Assembly: GCA_963772835.1 (NCBI GenBank)
Contig: CAVYYZ010000009.1
Location: 96,001-160,000, forward strand
DNA length: 64,000 nt
Source of the DNA: an uncultured delta proteobacterium
GTDB taxonomy: Bacteria; Desulfobacterota; Desulfuromonadia; Geobacterales; Pseudopelobacteraceae
Direction of reading: 5' to 3'
Shown here: piece after piece, positions 14,206 to 23,166 of the stretch
Numbering within the stretch: the first letter of the stretch is position 1
Layout: every line of letters begins with the position of its first letter
The notes under the pieces: generated by a model
What the model was told of the DNA's origin: nothing
Databases searched by the model: none
What the model saw: the letters and a program-made list of their open reading frames with translations, nothing else
Position numbers and translations under genes: made by a program

Positions 14206-15612
14206 ATGAAAATAATTTTGCTTCAGATTGTGTTTGTACTGCTGGCGGCACTGCCGGCACTTGCTTCCGGTGGCGGCGATATTGTTGATCTGACCCGTAG
14301 CGCTCTGGGAATCTTTGCTCTGGTGCTGTTTGTTGCCGCTTATGTCCTGGTAATATTTGAAGAGCAGCTACACCTGAGAAAAAGCAAGCCGGTGATCGTT
14401 GCGGCGGGTGTCATCTGGGTGCTGGTTGCTCTCGCGTACCAGGCGTTAGGCAAACCCGATCATGCCCACGCCGCAATTCTCGGCAACCTGACCGAATATG
14501 CCGAACTGTTCCTGTTTCTTCTGGCGGCCATGACCTACATTAATGCACTTGAGGAGCGCAATGTTTTTCGAGCACTGCGTTCCTGGCTGGTCAACAAGGG
14601 CTTCACCCTTCGAACCGTTTTCTGGATGACCGGTTTGCTGGCATTTTTCATCTCTCCAGTGGCGGACAATCTTACTACTGCACTGCTGATGGGAGCCGTA
14701 GCCATGGCAGTGGGGGGAAACAATAAAAAATTTGTGGTAGTTGCCTGCATAAATATTGTGGTTGCCGCCAATGCCGGCGGCGCCTTCTCTCCCTTTGGAG
14801 ACATCACCACCCTGATGGTCTGGCAGAAAGGCAAGGTGAGCTTTTTTGAATTCTTCGCAATATTCATTCCGTCGGTTATTAACTGGATTATTCCTGCATT
14901 CTTCATGAGCATGACTGTATCCAGGGAAAAACCTGAAATACACGATGATACGGTGCAGATGAAGGTGGGGGCCAAACGGATCATGGCTCTGTTTCTGCTG
15001 ACAATCGTCACCGCCGTCTCATTCCACAACTTCCTGCGCCTGCCGCCGGCGGTAGGAATGATGATGGGACTGGGTTATCTATCGTTTTTTGCCTACTACC
15101 TGAAAAGGCTTGAACACCGCCTTATGAGCGGCGACAATCCGCTGGATGTAACCGGTCACAACCATGCTGCCTTCGATCTGTTCCGAAAAATCGCCAAGGC
15201 CGAGTGGGACACCCTGCTGTTCTTCTACGGGGTAATCCTCTGTGTGGGCGGATTGGGCCAGTTCGGCTACCTCGCCGGTGCATCAAGGTTCATGTACGAC
15301 GGTCTGGGGCACACGACGGCAAACGTGCTGGTCGGAATTCTTTCAGCCATTATTGATAATATACCTGTCATGTTTGCAGTTCTGACCATGGATCCCCAGA
15401 TGTCTCACGGCCAGTGGCTGCTGGTGACCCTTACCGCCGGGGTCGGGGGAAGCCTGCTTTCCATCGGTTCCGCTGCCGGGGTTGCATTGATGGGATCGGC
15501 TCGCGGTGTCTACACATTTGGTGCACATCTGAAATGGACCTGGGCAATTTCTATTGGGTATGCCGCCAGTATTGTTGCACACCTGTACCTGAATTCAAGG
15601 TATTTTCAATGA
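14206..15612 (+). CDS. nhaD: Na+/H+ antiporter NhaD
   Basis: EEQLHLRKSKPV, FFISPVADNLTTAL, AANAGGAFSPFGDITTLMVWQ, SAIIDNIPVM and GGSLLSIGSAAGVALMG are NhaD hallmarks. Confidence 0.9.
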   Translation: MKIILLQIVFVLLAALPALASGGGDIVDLTRSALGIFALVLFVAAYVLVIFEEQLHLRKSKPVIVAAGVIWVLVALAYQALGKPDHAHAAILGNLTEYAELFLFLLAAMTYINALEERNVFRALRSWLVNKGFTLRTVFWMTGLLAFFISPVADNLTTALLMGAVAMAVGGNNKKFVVVACINIVVAANAGGAFSPFGDITTLMVWQKGKVSFFEFFAIFIPSVINWIIPAFFMSMTVSREKPEIHDDTVQMKVGAKRIMALFLLTIVTAVSFHNFLRLPPAVGMMMGLGYLSFFAYYLKRLEHRLMSGDNPLDVTGHNHAAFDLFRKIAKAEWDTLLFFYGVILCVGGLGQFGYLAGASRFMYDGLGHTTANVLVGILSAIIDNIPVMFAVLTMDPQMSHGQWLLVTLTAGVGGSLLSIGSAAGVALMGSARGVYTFGAHLKWTWAISIGYAASIVAHLYLNSRYFQ

Positions 15613-15647
15613 AGCAAAATGAGTTGAATAAAATTTGGCAACAAAAA

Positions 15648-15809
15648 ATGGAGTAAAAAACGAACGGGAATGATGCTGACAAGGCAAAAGACGCTATCGA
15701 GGCAATGATGAATAACGTCCCGGCACGTTAGATGGTTATTGCGGGCACTATCGTATTAATTCTGGTTTTCTTTCGGCCTTGAGTACAGGTCGGGCCAGGA
15801 TAGAGAGGG
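15648..15809 (+). pseudogene. Decayed N-terminus of a prohibitin/SPFH-family membrane protein
   Basis: One frame reads ME*KTNGNDADKAKDAIEAMMNNVPAR*MVIAGTIVLILVFFRP*VQVGPG*RG: a TM anchor plus a VxVxxGERG-like SPFH start, with four nonsense codons. Confidence 0.55.
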
Positions 15810-16032
15810 AACTCGACAGGATACAGATTGTGGCAGAGCAGAAACCGAATCTCTTCGATTGCAGAGGGCAAATATTTCAACGGAACTGATAGAGTTACAG
15901 AAAATTCAAGCACATATGAAAGCAATCGAAAATTGGACGGCATACTCCCCCGGGTGACAGGCGGCGGATCGATCCCACTGATTGGGCTGGGTGATATCCC
16001 CCCCAAATAAAGCCATAACTTGACGCTCTAAA

Positions 16033-16150
16033 GTCGGCTATGGCAATATAACTCCGACAATCCCGCTGGGAAAAATCGTGGTTACCCTGTTAATGGTGGT
16101 TGGGCATGGTATAATTACTGGTCCAATCGTATTGTCACCACTGAGATGGT
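16033..16150 (+). pseudogene. Remnant of a potassium-channel pore/inner helix
   Basis: Reads VGYGNITPTIPLGKIVVTLLMVVGHGII..., then IVTTEM after a shift. Resembles TVGYGDIxPxTxxGK...GYGIIAVPTGIVTxE. No start codon or upstream part. Confidence 0.6.
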
Positions 16151-16256
16151 GAGGTTGAATATGCCGCAGAAGGAGGGGAGATGCCCCCTACTGTGGCCGC
16201 CACTGCGCTGCTGGTGGTTGGACCGGACAAGCGGCTGCGGAGAAGGAGTAGAATCC

Positions 16257-17693
16257 ATGTCTGATCTTAATGCACTGTTTCTGAAAGTCGGCAGCCATTG
16301 TCGGCGCGAAGTAATTACCTGTGCTGCATCTGACCGGTTGACAGCTGCCGCAGCGACCATGCAGCGCCTGAATATTTCCAGCATAGTGGTTTGTGTGGCA
16401 GGAAATCCGGTCGGCATTCTGACTGATCGCGACCTGCGCAACAAGGTGGTGGCTCGGGGGATTGATCCTGGAACCTTGACCGTAGCAAATGTCATGAATA
16501 GCCCCCTGATAACGATCTCAGAAGATGAGTATCTTTTCGAGGCACTTCATCGGATTTCCCACCAGCACATTCATCGGCTGGTGGTGACAGGTTCGGGCGG
16601 AGAGCTTGCGGGGATCATCACCGATTCGGATATTCTCCGTGTTCAGACACAATCTCCGCAACTGCTGTTGCGGGAGATCGAGGAAGCACTGACCTTGGAG
16701 GATCTGAAAGGGCTCCACTTGCGGGTACAGGGTTTGGTCCGGCACCTGATCGGCACCGGTGTCCATATCAGGGATATGGTGCGTCTGATCGCCCACCTGA
16801 ACGACCGGGTTGTAATCCGCCTTGTTGATCTGTTGCGAGCCGGCCGCTTTGCCGGGCTGACAGAACAGTGTGCCTTTCTTGTTCTGGGGAGCGAAGGGCG
16901 TAGTGAACAGACTCTGACTACCGACCAGGACAATGCGCTGGTGTATGCCGATGGCCTTGCAGCTTCGGACGTACGACAGTTAGAGGAATTCAGCAGAGTC
17001 ATAATCGACAGCTTGATTGAGATCGGCGTTCCTGCTTGTCCCGGCGGTACTATGGCAAAAAACGCGCAGTGGCGCCGGACACTTGACGAGTGGAAATCCG
17101 AACTCGACCGATGGTTCAGCACACCGACGTCGGAGTATATCATAAATATCAGTATGTTCTCCGATTTGCGTATGTTGAGAGGTGACCACTCTTTGGAACG
17201 GGAATTGAAGGTTCATATCACAGGGCGTCTGCAGAGGAATGATCTCTATCTTGGCCATATGGTCGCCAACCTGCTTCGCTTTGGCGTGCCGCTGGGGTGG
17301 TTCGGGAGAATCAAAACCGAAAAAGGCGCGCATGCCGGGCGGATCGATCTCAAAAAAGCGGGTATTTTTGCCATTACCGAGGGGGTTAAGATACTCGCGC
17401 TGGGTCACGGGGTGCAGGAGACCGGTACGGCGCAAAGGATTGAGCAATTGACAGAGCAGAGCATATTCACGAAAAAAGAGGCTGACGACCTTACGGCCAG
17501 CTTTTACGCACTGGTACATTTTCGTCTGCGCAGCCAGGTTGACGCCATCAGTTCCGGGCGGCAGCCGGATAATCGCATCACCCTGACCGCGTTGAATCGC
17601 ATGGAACAGGAACGGCTGAAGGCGGCACTGGAGGGGGTGCGCTCATTCCAGGAGAATATGGGGCGGCGCTACCGGCTTGGGCAAACGATGTAG
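16257..17693 (+). CDS. CBS-pair + DUF294 putative nucleotidyltransferase domain protein
   Basis: Two CBS domains (GILTDRDLR, GIITDSDI), LGSEGRSEQTLTTDQDNAL and IDLKKAG. SD GAAGGAG before ATG 16257. Confidence 0.85.
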   Translation: MSDLNALFLKVGSHCRREVITCAASDRLTAAAATMQRLNISSIVVCVAGNPVGILTDRDLRNKVVARGIDPGTLTVANVMNSPLITISEDEYLFEALHRISHQHIHRLVVTGSGGELAGIITDSDILRVQTQSPQLLLREIEEALTLEDLKGLHLRVQGLVRHLIGTGVHIRDMVRLIAHLNDRVVIRLVDLLRAGRFAGLTEQCAFLVLGSEGRSEQTLTTDQDNALVYADGLAASDVRQLEEFSRVIIDSLIEIGVPACPGGTMAKNAQWRRTLDEWKSELDRWFSTPTSEYIINISMFSDLRMLRGDHSLERELKVHITGRLQRNDLYLGHMVANLLRFGVPLGWFGRIKTEKGAHAGRIDLKKAGIFAITEGVKILALGHGVQETGTAQRIEQLTEQSIFTKKEADDLTASFYALVHFRLRSQVDAISSGRQPDNRITLTALNRMEQERLKAALEGVRSFQENMGRRYRLGQTM

Positions 17694-17728
17694 GTGTGCC
17701 ATCATGGCGTCATCAGGAAGGTACTTAA

Positions 17729-19732
17729 ATGGAATACGGACTGTTAAAAGACATAGTACTCCTGCTCGGTCTGGCGCTGTTTACTTTGCTCCTGTTCCGG
17801 CAGTTCAAACTGCCTTCGATCATCGGCTTTCTTGCTACCGGTATCATCGCCGGTCCGCATGCCCTCGGTCTGGTTAAAAATATTTCTGAAGTTGAGCAGA
17901 TGGCGGAAATCGGTGTCGTGCTGCTGCTCTTTACCATCGGGATTGAATTCTCCCTGAAAGAGCTGCTGAGAATCCGCGATCTGGTGTTGTGGGGCGGCGG
18001 TTTGCAAGTAGCGCTTACCATTGGCCTTGTCGCGCTGGTGTCCTATCTGGCAGGCTTCACACCGGCAGAGTCCGTTTTTTTCGGTTTTCTGGTGTCTCTC
18101 TCCAGCACCGCCATACTAATGAAACTCCTTATGGATGCCGGCGAGATGGATACGCCTCACGGGAAGGCAGCCCTCGGCATACTTATCTTCCAGGATCTGT
18201 GCGTCGTTCCGCTGATGCTTTTTGTTCCGTTCCTTGGGGGAGCGGGTAACGGCATTGTTGATGTGCTGCTGATTTCTGCCAAAGCTGTCGTGGTGGTGGT
18301 GGTCGCCCATTTCGGCTCACGTTTTGCCATACCGTGGATATTCAGTCAGGTTGTACGTACCAGAAGCAGAGAATTGTTCATACTCACCATAATATTTGTT
18401 GGTTTCGGTACCGCCTGGCTCACCGCCCAGGTCGGACTTTCTCTTGCGTTAGGCGCATTTATCGCCGGTCTGGCCATTTCAGAATCGGAATACAGCCATC
18501 AGGTCATGGGCGACATCATTCCCTTCAGAGACGCATTTATCAGCCTCTTCTTCATCTCCGTAGGAATGCTCCTTAATCCTGCCTTCGTGCTGTCCAATCC
18601 TCTTGTTATTCTCGCTGTTGTGGCGATTATCATTGTCGTCAAATTCGTGGTTGTGGCAGGGGCCATTCTGATATTGCGATTTCCGGCGCGGGTGGCGCTG
18701 ACCAGCGGCCTCATCCTGGCGCAGGTGGGCGAATTTGCTTTTGTACTGTCCCATTCCGGCCTGAAATATGGTCTTTTGACAGCAACCACCTATCAGATAT
18801 TTCTGGCATCATCAGTCGCCACGATGGCACTGACGCCGCTCTACCTGAAACTGGCACTTCCCTTTGCCGAAAGAGCTGCTTCAATCCTTCCCCGTCTACT
18901 TCCGGCATTCCTTTTCGTAGAGACCAGAACCACCGGCATGAGCCGTGCCCGCTTTCCGATGGAAGGCCATGTCATTGTAATCGGGTACGGTGTCAACGGG
19001 AAAAATGTGGCGAAGGTACTCACAAGTAATGGCATACCATACCTTGCCATCGAGGCGAATCATCTGACGGTCAGAAGCGAGAGAAAGAAGGGGATAAGCA
19101 TAATTTTCGGGGATGCATGCCGGCAGGAAATTCTGGAACATGCCCATATTCACAAGGCCCGAATCATGGTTGTAGCCATCTCGGATGCGGCAGCGACAAG
19201 ACGCGTTGTCTCCCAGGCACGGAGCTTGAACGGGAATATTCATCTTATCGTAAGAACCCGTTATATATCGGAAATGGAACCATTATACGCTCTGGGAGCA
19301 CATGAAGTCATTCCCGAGGAGTTTGAAACATCAATCGAAATTTTTTCACGGGTGCTGAGAAATTATCTGGTTCCCCATGACCGGATAGAGGAGTCCATCG
19401 GGGAGATCCGAAAGGATTCATATCAGATGTTCCGTTCCATGAGCAGGCGCAACAGTCATGCCGTCGGAATATCAAGCTACCTTGCCGGCTCCGAACTGAT
19501 GACCTGCAGGGTGCAAAAGGGTTCCGCCGCCGATGGCTCAGTGCTCCGTGATGGACTCGTACGGGGACGGTCGGGCGCTATCATACTGGTGATAAAACGG
19601 GGCGAGGTAGTAGTATCAAATCCGGATCCCGTATGGGAATTGCATCCGGAAGATATCGTACTGCTTCTCGGAAACTCCCAGCAGCTTTCCGTTGCGTCTG
19701 CCCTGTTCGGTTCTCTCGCTTCCAGTAGTTAG
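17729..19732 (+). CDS. CPA2 (KefB/KefC-like) cation:proton antiporter with TrkA-N and TrkA-C domains
   Basis: AEIGVVLLLFTIGIEFS, ILIFQD, LGAFIAGL, LAQVGEFAFVL and VIVIGYGVNG (RCK). Confidence 0.88.
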   Translation: MEYGLLKDIVLLLGLALFTLLLFRQFKLPSIIGFLATGIIAGPHALGLVKNISEVEQMAEIGVVLLLFTIGIEFSLKELLRIRDLVLWGGGLQVALTIGLVALVSYLAGFTPAESVFFGFLVSLSSTAILMKLLMDAGEMDTPHGKAALGILIFQDLCVVPLMLFVPFLGGAGNGIVDVLLISAKAVVVVVVAHFGSRFAIPWIFSQVVRTRSRELFILTIIFVGFGTAWLTAQVGLSLALGAFIAGLAISESEYSHQVMGDIIPFRDAFISLFFISVGMLLNPAFVLSNPLVILAVVAIIIVVKFVVVAGAILILRFPARVALTSGLILAQVGEFAFVLSHSGLKYGLLTATTYQIFLASSVATMALTPLYLKLALPFAERAASILPRLLPAFLFVETRTTGMSRARFPMEGHVIVIGYGVNGKNVAKVLTSNGIPYLAIEANHLTVRSERKKGISIIFGDACRQEILEHAHIHKARIMVVAISDAAATRRVVSQARSLNGNIHLIVRTRYISEMEPLYALGAHEVIPEEFETSIEIFSRVLRNYLVPHDRIEESIGEIRKDSYQMFRSMSRRNSHAVGISSYLAGSELMTCRVQKGSAADGSVLRDGLVRGRSGAIILVIKRGEVVVSNPDPVWELHPEDIVLLLGNSQQLSVASALFGSLASSS

Positions 19733-19885
19733 AACCATCCCCGTAATACATACACCGAGCAGGTATGCTCCGGCATGCGTAAAATTTATCCATGGCAAAC
19801 CCTCTCTCATGAAGTTTAAATTACCAAAATTCCCGTATTTCTGCTAAAACGGCAAATATTCTATGATGAAGAGGGCTTTAAAACG

Positions 19886-21100
19886 ATGACGGAAGTATCG
19901 TATGCATTCATGCTGGCAGGGGCGGTTATCCTGACAGGGTTTTTCGGAAATCTGTTTTTCGAAAAGACCAAAATCCCGGACGTTATTGTCCTGCTTGCAA
20001 TCGGCATTGTGCTTGGTCCGGTAAGCGGGCTGGTCAGTCCGGAGCGGCTGCAACATCTTGCAGAATACGTCGGTTCCCTGGCGCTGCTGGTTATACTGTT
20101 CGAAGGGGGGATGGATCTGGACCTGGACAAACTGATCAGTGAATTTGGGTCGGCAGCTTTCCTGGTCCTGCTTACGTTCATCCTTACTGCGGGCAGCATC
20201 GGTGCATATCTGCATCATATTCTTGGCTGGGAAATTCTGCAAAGCCTGATGTTGGGTGCGATTCTCGGCTGCACCAGTGCGGCGATTGTCATACCGATCG
20301 TCAATCGCCTCAACGTTTCTGAGGAGATAAAAACCACCCTCTCTGTTGAATCGGCACTCAGTGATGTACTGGCGGTTGTCATAACCATTTCACTGATTGA
20401 TGCCATCCATATCGGCCAGCAGGATCCTACAGCACCTTTCAAAGCTGTGGTAGGTTCTTTTTCAACGGCAATCCTTATCGGCTTTTTAGTCGGATTGATA
20501 TGGATGAAAGTACTCGACATGATGCGCGGCAAAAAACTGGCGTATATGCTGACACTGGCGGCGATACTCATAGCCTTTGGTGGCGTCACGATACTCGGAG
20601 GGAGCGGATCTATCGCGGTATTGGTGATCGGCCTCGTGCTGGGAAACTCCGATTCCTTCACAAAGTTTCTGAAAATAAAAAAACCGTTGCAGGTAGATCA
20701 GAGCATTCGCTTTCTCCATGAGGAAATAAGCTTTTTCATACGGACGTTCTTCTTTGTCTACCTCGGCATGATGTTCTCTTTCAAGAAAGTGAATGCTGAA
20801 TTCATGACGTTGTGCGGCGTTATGGTGCTGATTATTATTCTGCTGCGAATAATATGTACTGAGATAACTATTCGGGTGTATCCGGATAAAAAGCAGGATA
20901 GCTTTCTGATTAAGTTGATGATGCCCCGCGGCCTAGCTTCTGCAGTTTTGGCAACGCTGCCGGTCGCCGCAGGGGTTGCAGGAACAGAGGACCTTGTCAC
21001 CATCACGTTCGGTGTAATTATTGCCACCAATGTCCTCCTCACTATCGGCATGTTCTTCGTCGGGGCGGGAAATGGCAATACTAAAGAGGAGCCGGAGTGA
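19886..21100 (+). CDS. CPA1 (NhaP-type) cation:proton antiporter
   Basis: ILFEGG, TSAAIVIP, ESALSDVL, FFIRTFFFVYLG and PRGLASAVLA. Confidence 0.85.
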   Translation: MTEVSYAFMLAGAVILTGFFGNLFFEKTKIPDVIVLLAIGIVLGPVSGLVSPERLQHLAEYVGSLALLVILFEGGMDLDLDKLISEFGSAAFLVLLTFILTAGSIGAYLHHILGWEILQSLMLGAILGCTSAAIVIPIVNRLNVSEEIKTTLSVESALSDVLAVVITISLIDAIHIGQQDPTAPFKAVVGSFSTAILIGFLVGLIWMKVLDMMRGKKLAYMLTLAAILIAFGGVTILGGSGSIAVLVIGLVLGNSDSFTKFLKIKKPLQVDQSIRFLHEEISFFIRTFFFVYLGMMFSFKKVNAEFMTLCGVMVLIIILLRIICTEITIRVYPDKKQDSFLIKLMMPRGLASAVLATLPVAAGVAGTEDLVTITFGVIIATNVLLTIGMFFVGAGNGNTKEEPE

Positions 21101-21930
21101 TGATGATGCGGCTCATTTTTTACTCCTCAATGCTGATAACCGTTCTGATCGGCTATTTCGATTATATGACCGGCGCGCATATTTCGATGATGCTGCTTTT
21201 CTCTATTCCAATCCTCATTTCAGCCTGGTTCTGCGGTAAAAAGGAGGGCATCATTGTCGCTATTACAGCGGCTATCTGTTGGTTTATTGTAAATGCTATA
21301 CTCAAAGGGCCGGGAGTAAGTGAAGCGATCTTCTCCTGGAACGTTCTTACCCGCCTGGGGATCTTCTGCCTGATCGCCTACTCAGTGTCATTACAGGCCC
21401 AGCTGCGCCGGGCCCTGGAGCGTGAGCGCTTGAGGGCCGATACCGATCGATTGACCGGATTACTCAACAAGGGCGCTTTTCGTGAACGCGTGGAGGAGGA
21501 GTTACACCGGGCACGCCGTTACCATCACCCTCTCACACTGGCATTTATCGACCTTGACAACTTCAAGCAGGTTAACGACACGGAGGGGCATGCCCGTGGC
21601 GACAGGCTGTTAAAACTTGTCAGTGAGACCATCATGTCAACAATTCGGGAAACAGATGTCTCCGGCCGTATCGGTGGAGATGAATTTACCATCTGTTATC
21701 CTGAAACCGATGGGGAACAGGCCCGTAACGCCATTGCAAAACTGGTTACGTCACTTGATAGCATGACCAGCCAATACGGGTGGCAGGTGACCGCCAGTAT
21801 TGGTGTTGTCACCTGCATGGAGATTTGTGACAGTTATGATGCCCTGCTGGGAAAGGCCGACAAGCTTATGTACGTTGCCAAGGAGAAGGGAAAGAATGCG
21901 GCGGAGTTCATGACACTGGGTAAAGAATAG
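21097..21930 (+). CDS. Membrane-bound diguanylate cyclase (GGDEF)
   Basis: N-terminal TM helices, then DRLTGLLN, DLDNFKQVND and RIGGDEF. Confidence 0.9.
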   Translation: MMMMRLIFYSSMLITVLIGYFDYMTGAHISMMLLFSIPILISAWFCGKKEGIIVAITAAICWFIVNAILKGPGVSEAIFSWNVLTRLGIFCLIAYSVSLQAQLRRALERERLRADTDRLTGLLNKGAFRERVEEELHRARRYHHPLTLAFIDLDNFKQVNDTEGHARGDRLLKLVSETIMSTIRETDVSGRIGGDEFTICYPETDGEQARNAIAKLVTSLDSMTSQYGWQVTASIGVVTCMEICDSYDALLGKADKLMYVAKEKGKNAAEFMTLGKE

Positions 21931-22013
21931 CTCCCTCGGGATGCAATAATAAACAACGGCTTCCGGTTCACAATTGACCGGAAGCCTTTTATATATGCCA
22001 AATGGCATCTTCC

Positions 22014-23015
22014 CTACGAATGCTTCACTACCACCCTTCCGCGGATTCCTCCCTGAAGAATCGCCTGAATCTTTTCCTCCAGACCTTCCAGAGAAACTTC
22101 CGTCACCATGTCGTCCAATTGCTCCGGTTTCCACTCCCCGGCAAGTTTTTCCCACACAAGCCGCCGCATCCCGGCCGGGCATTGCACCGAATCGATGCCG
22201 AGCAGGCTCACCCCCCGTAATATGAAGGGGTAGACATTCAGGGGAAGGTCAATTGCTCCGACAAGGCCGCAGCAGGTGACGACACCACCATATCGGGTCG
22301 CCTTGACCGCAGCCGCCAGGGTCTCTCCCCCGACAACATCAACGCAACCGGCCCACCGTTCCTTCATCATCGGCTTTTCAGACCCGGCGGTTACCTGGTC
22401 ACGGGGTATGATCTCAGACGCCCCGAGCTCTCGAAGAAACTGTTCGTCCGAACTCTTTCCGGTTGCCGCAACAACTCGATAGCCGGCCCTGGACAGGATT
22501 GACACTGCAACGGATCCGACCCCTCCGGTGGCACCGGTGACAAGGATATCGCCATCAGAAGGGTTTACCCCGCCCCGCACCATTTTCAGCACCGAGAGAG
22601 CCGCCGTAAAACCGGCGGTTCCGAGCGCCATCCCTTCACGCACCGAAAGCCCCCCCGGTAATCGTACCGCCCATTCAGCCGGAATCCGGATGATCCCGCC
22701 CCATCCGCCATCAGTCTCCATGCCAAGATCGAAACCGGTGACGATGACCTGATCCCCCGGAGTAAATGTACCGCTTTGGCACGAAACAACCTCTCCAGCC
22801 GCATCAATGCCCGGTGTATGGGGGAATTGGCGCGTCACCCCCGGGTGGCCGGTTGCCGAGAGCGCATCCTTGTAATTAAGGGACGAGTAGCTGACCCGCA
22901 CAACCAGATCTCCCACCGGAAGCTCATCGATGCCGCGTTCTCTGATTTCTCGTACGAACCGCCCATCATCTGCTTTTTCCACTACAAGTGCCTTGAATCG
23001 CGTTAACGTGTCCAT
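22014..23015 (-). CDS. YhdH/AcuI-family NADPH oxidoreductase (MDR superfamily)
   Basis: YSSLNYKDAL, PGIDAAG, GTAGFTAAL, VTGATGGVGS and PFILRGVSLLGIDSV. Confidence 0.9.
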   Translation of the reverse strand: MDTLTRFKALVVEKADDGRFVREIRERGIDELPVGDLVVRVSYSSLNYKDALSATGHPGVTRQFPHTPGIDAAGEVVSCQSGTFTPGDQVIVTGFDLGMETDGGWGGIIRIPAEWAVRLPGGLSVREGMALGTAGFTAALSVLKMVRGGVNPSDGDILVTGATGGVGSVAVSILSRAGYRVVAATGKSSDEQFLRELGASEIIPRDQVTAGSEKPMMKERWAGCVDVVGGETLAAAVKATRYGGVVTCCGLVGAIDLPLNVYPFILRGVSLLGIDSVQCPAGMRRLVWEKLAGEWKPEQLDDMVTEVSLEGLEEKIQAILQGGIRGRVVVKHS

Positions 23016-23166
23016 ATGTTACCCCTTTCAGACAGCAGTATTTCCCGGAGGACCAAACATCCGGTGTGGTAAGTGATCGGTCTCTCTCCATAAGAAGGAA
23101 GGATCTACAAAAGATCAGTACTACTCATATCCGGTTTTCCTGATGGTGATAGACAATAATCCGGCT

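Noticed and set aside
19790..19810. GGCAAACC, a fragment of the cyclic-dinucleotide (GEMM-I) riboswitch consensus
   Set aside because: No following GAAA-loop stem or second stem.
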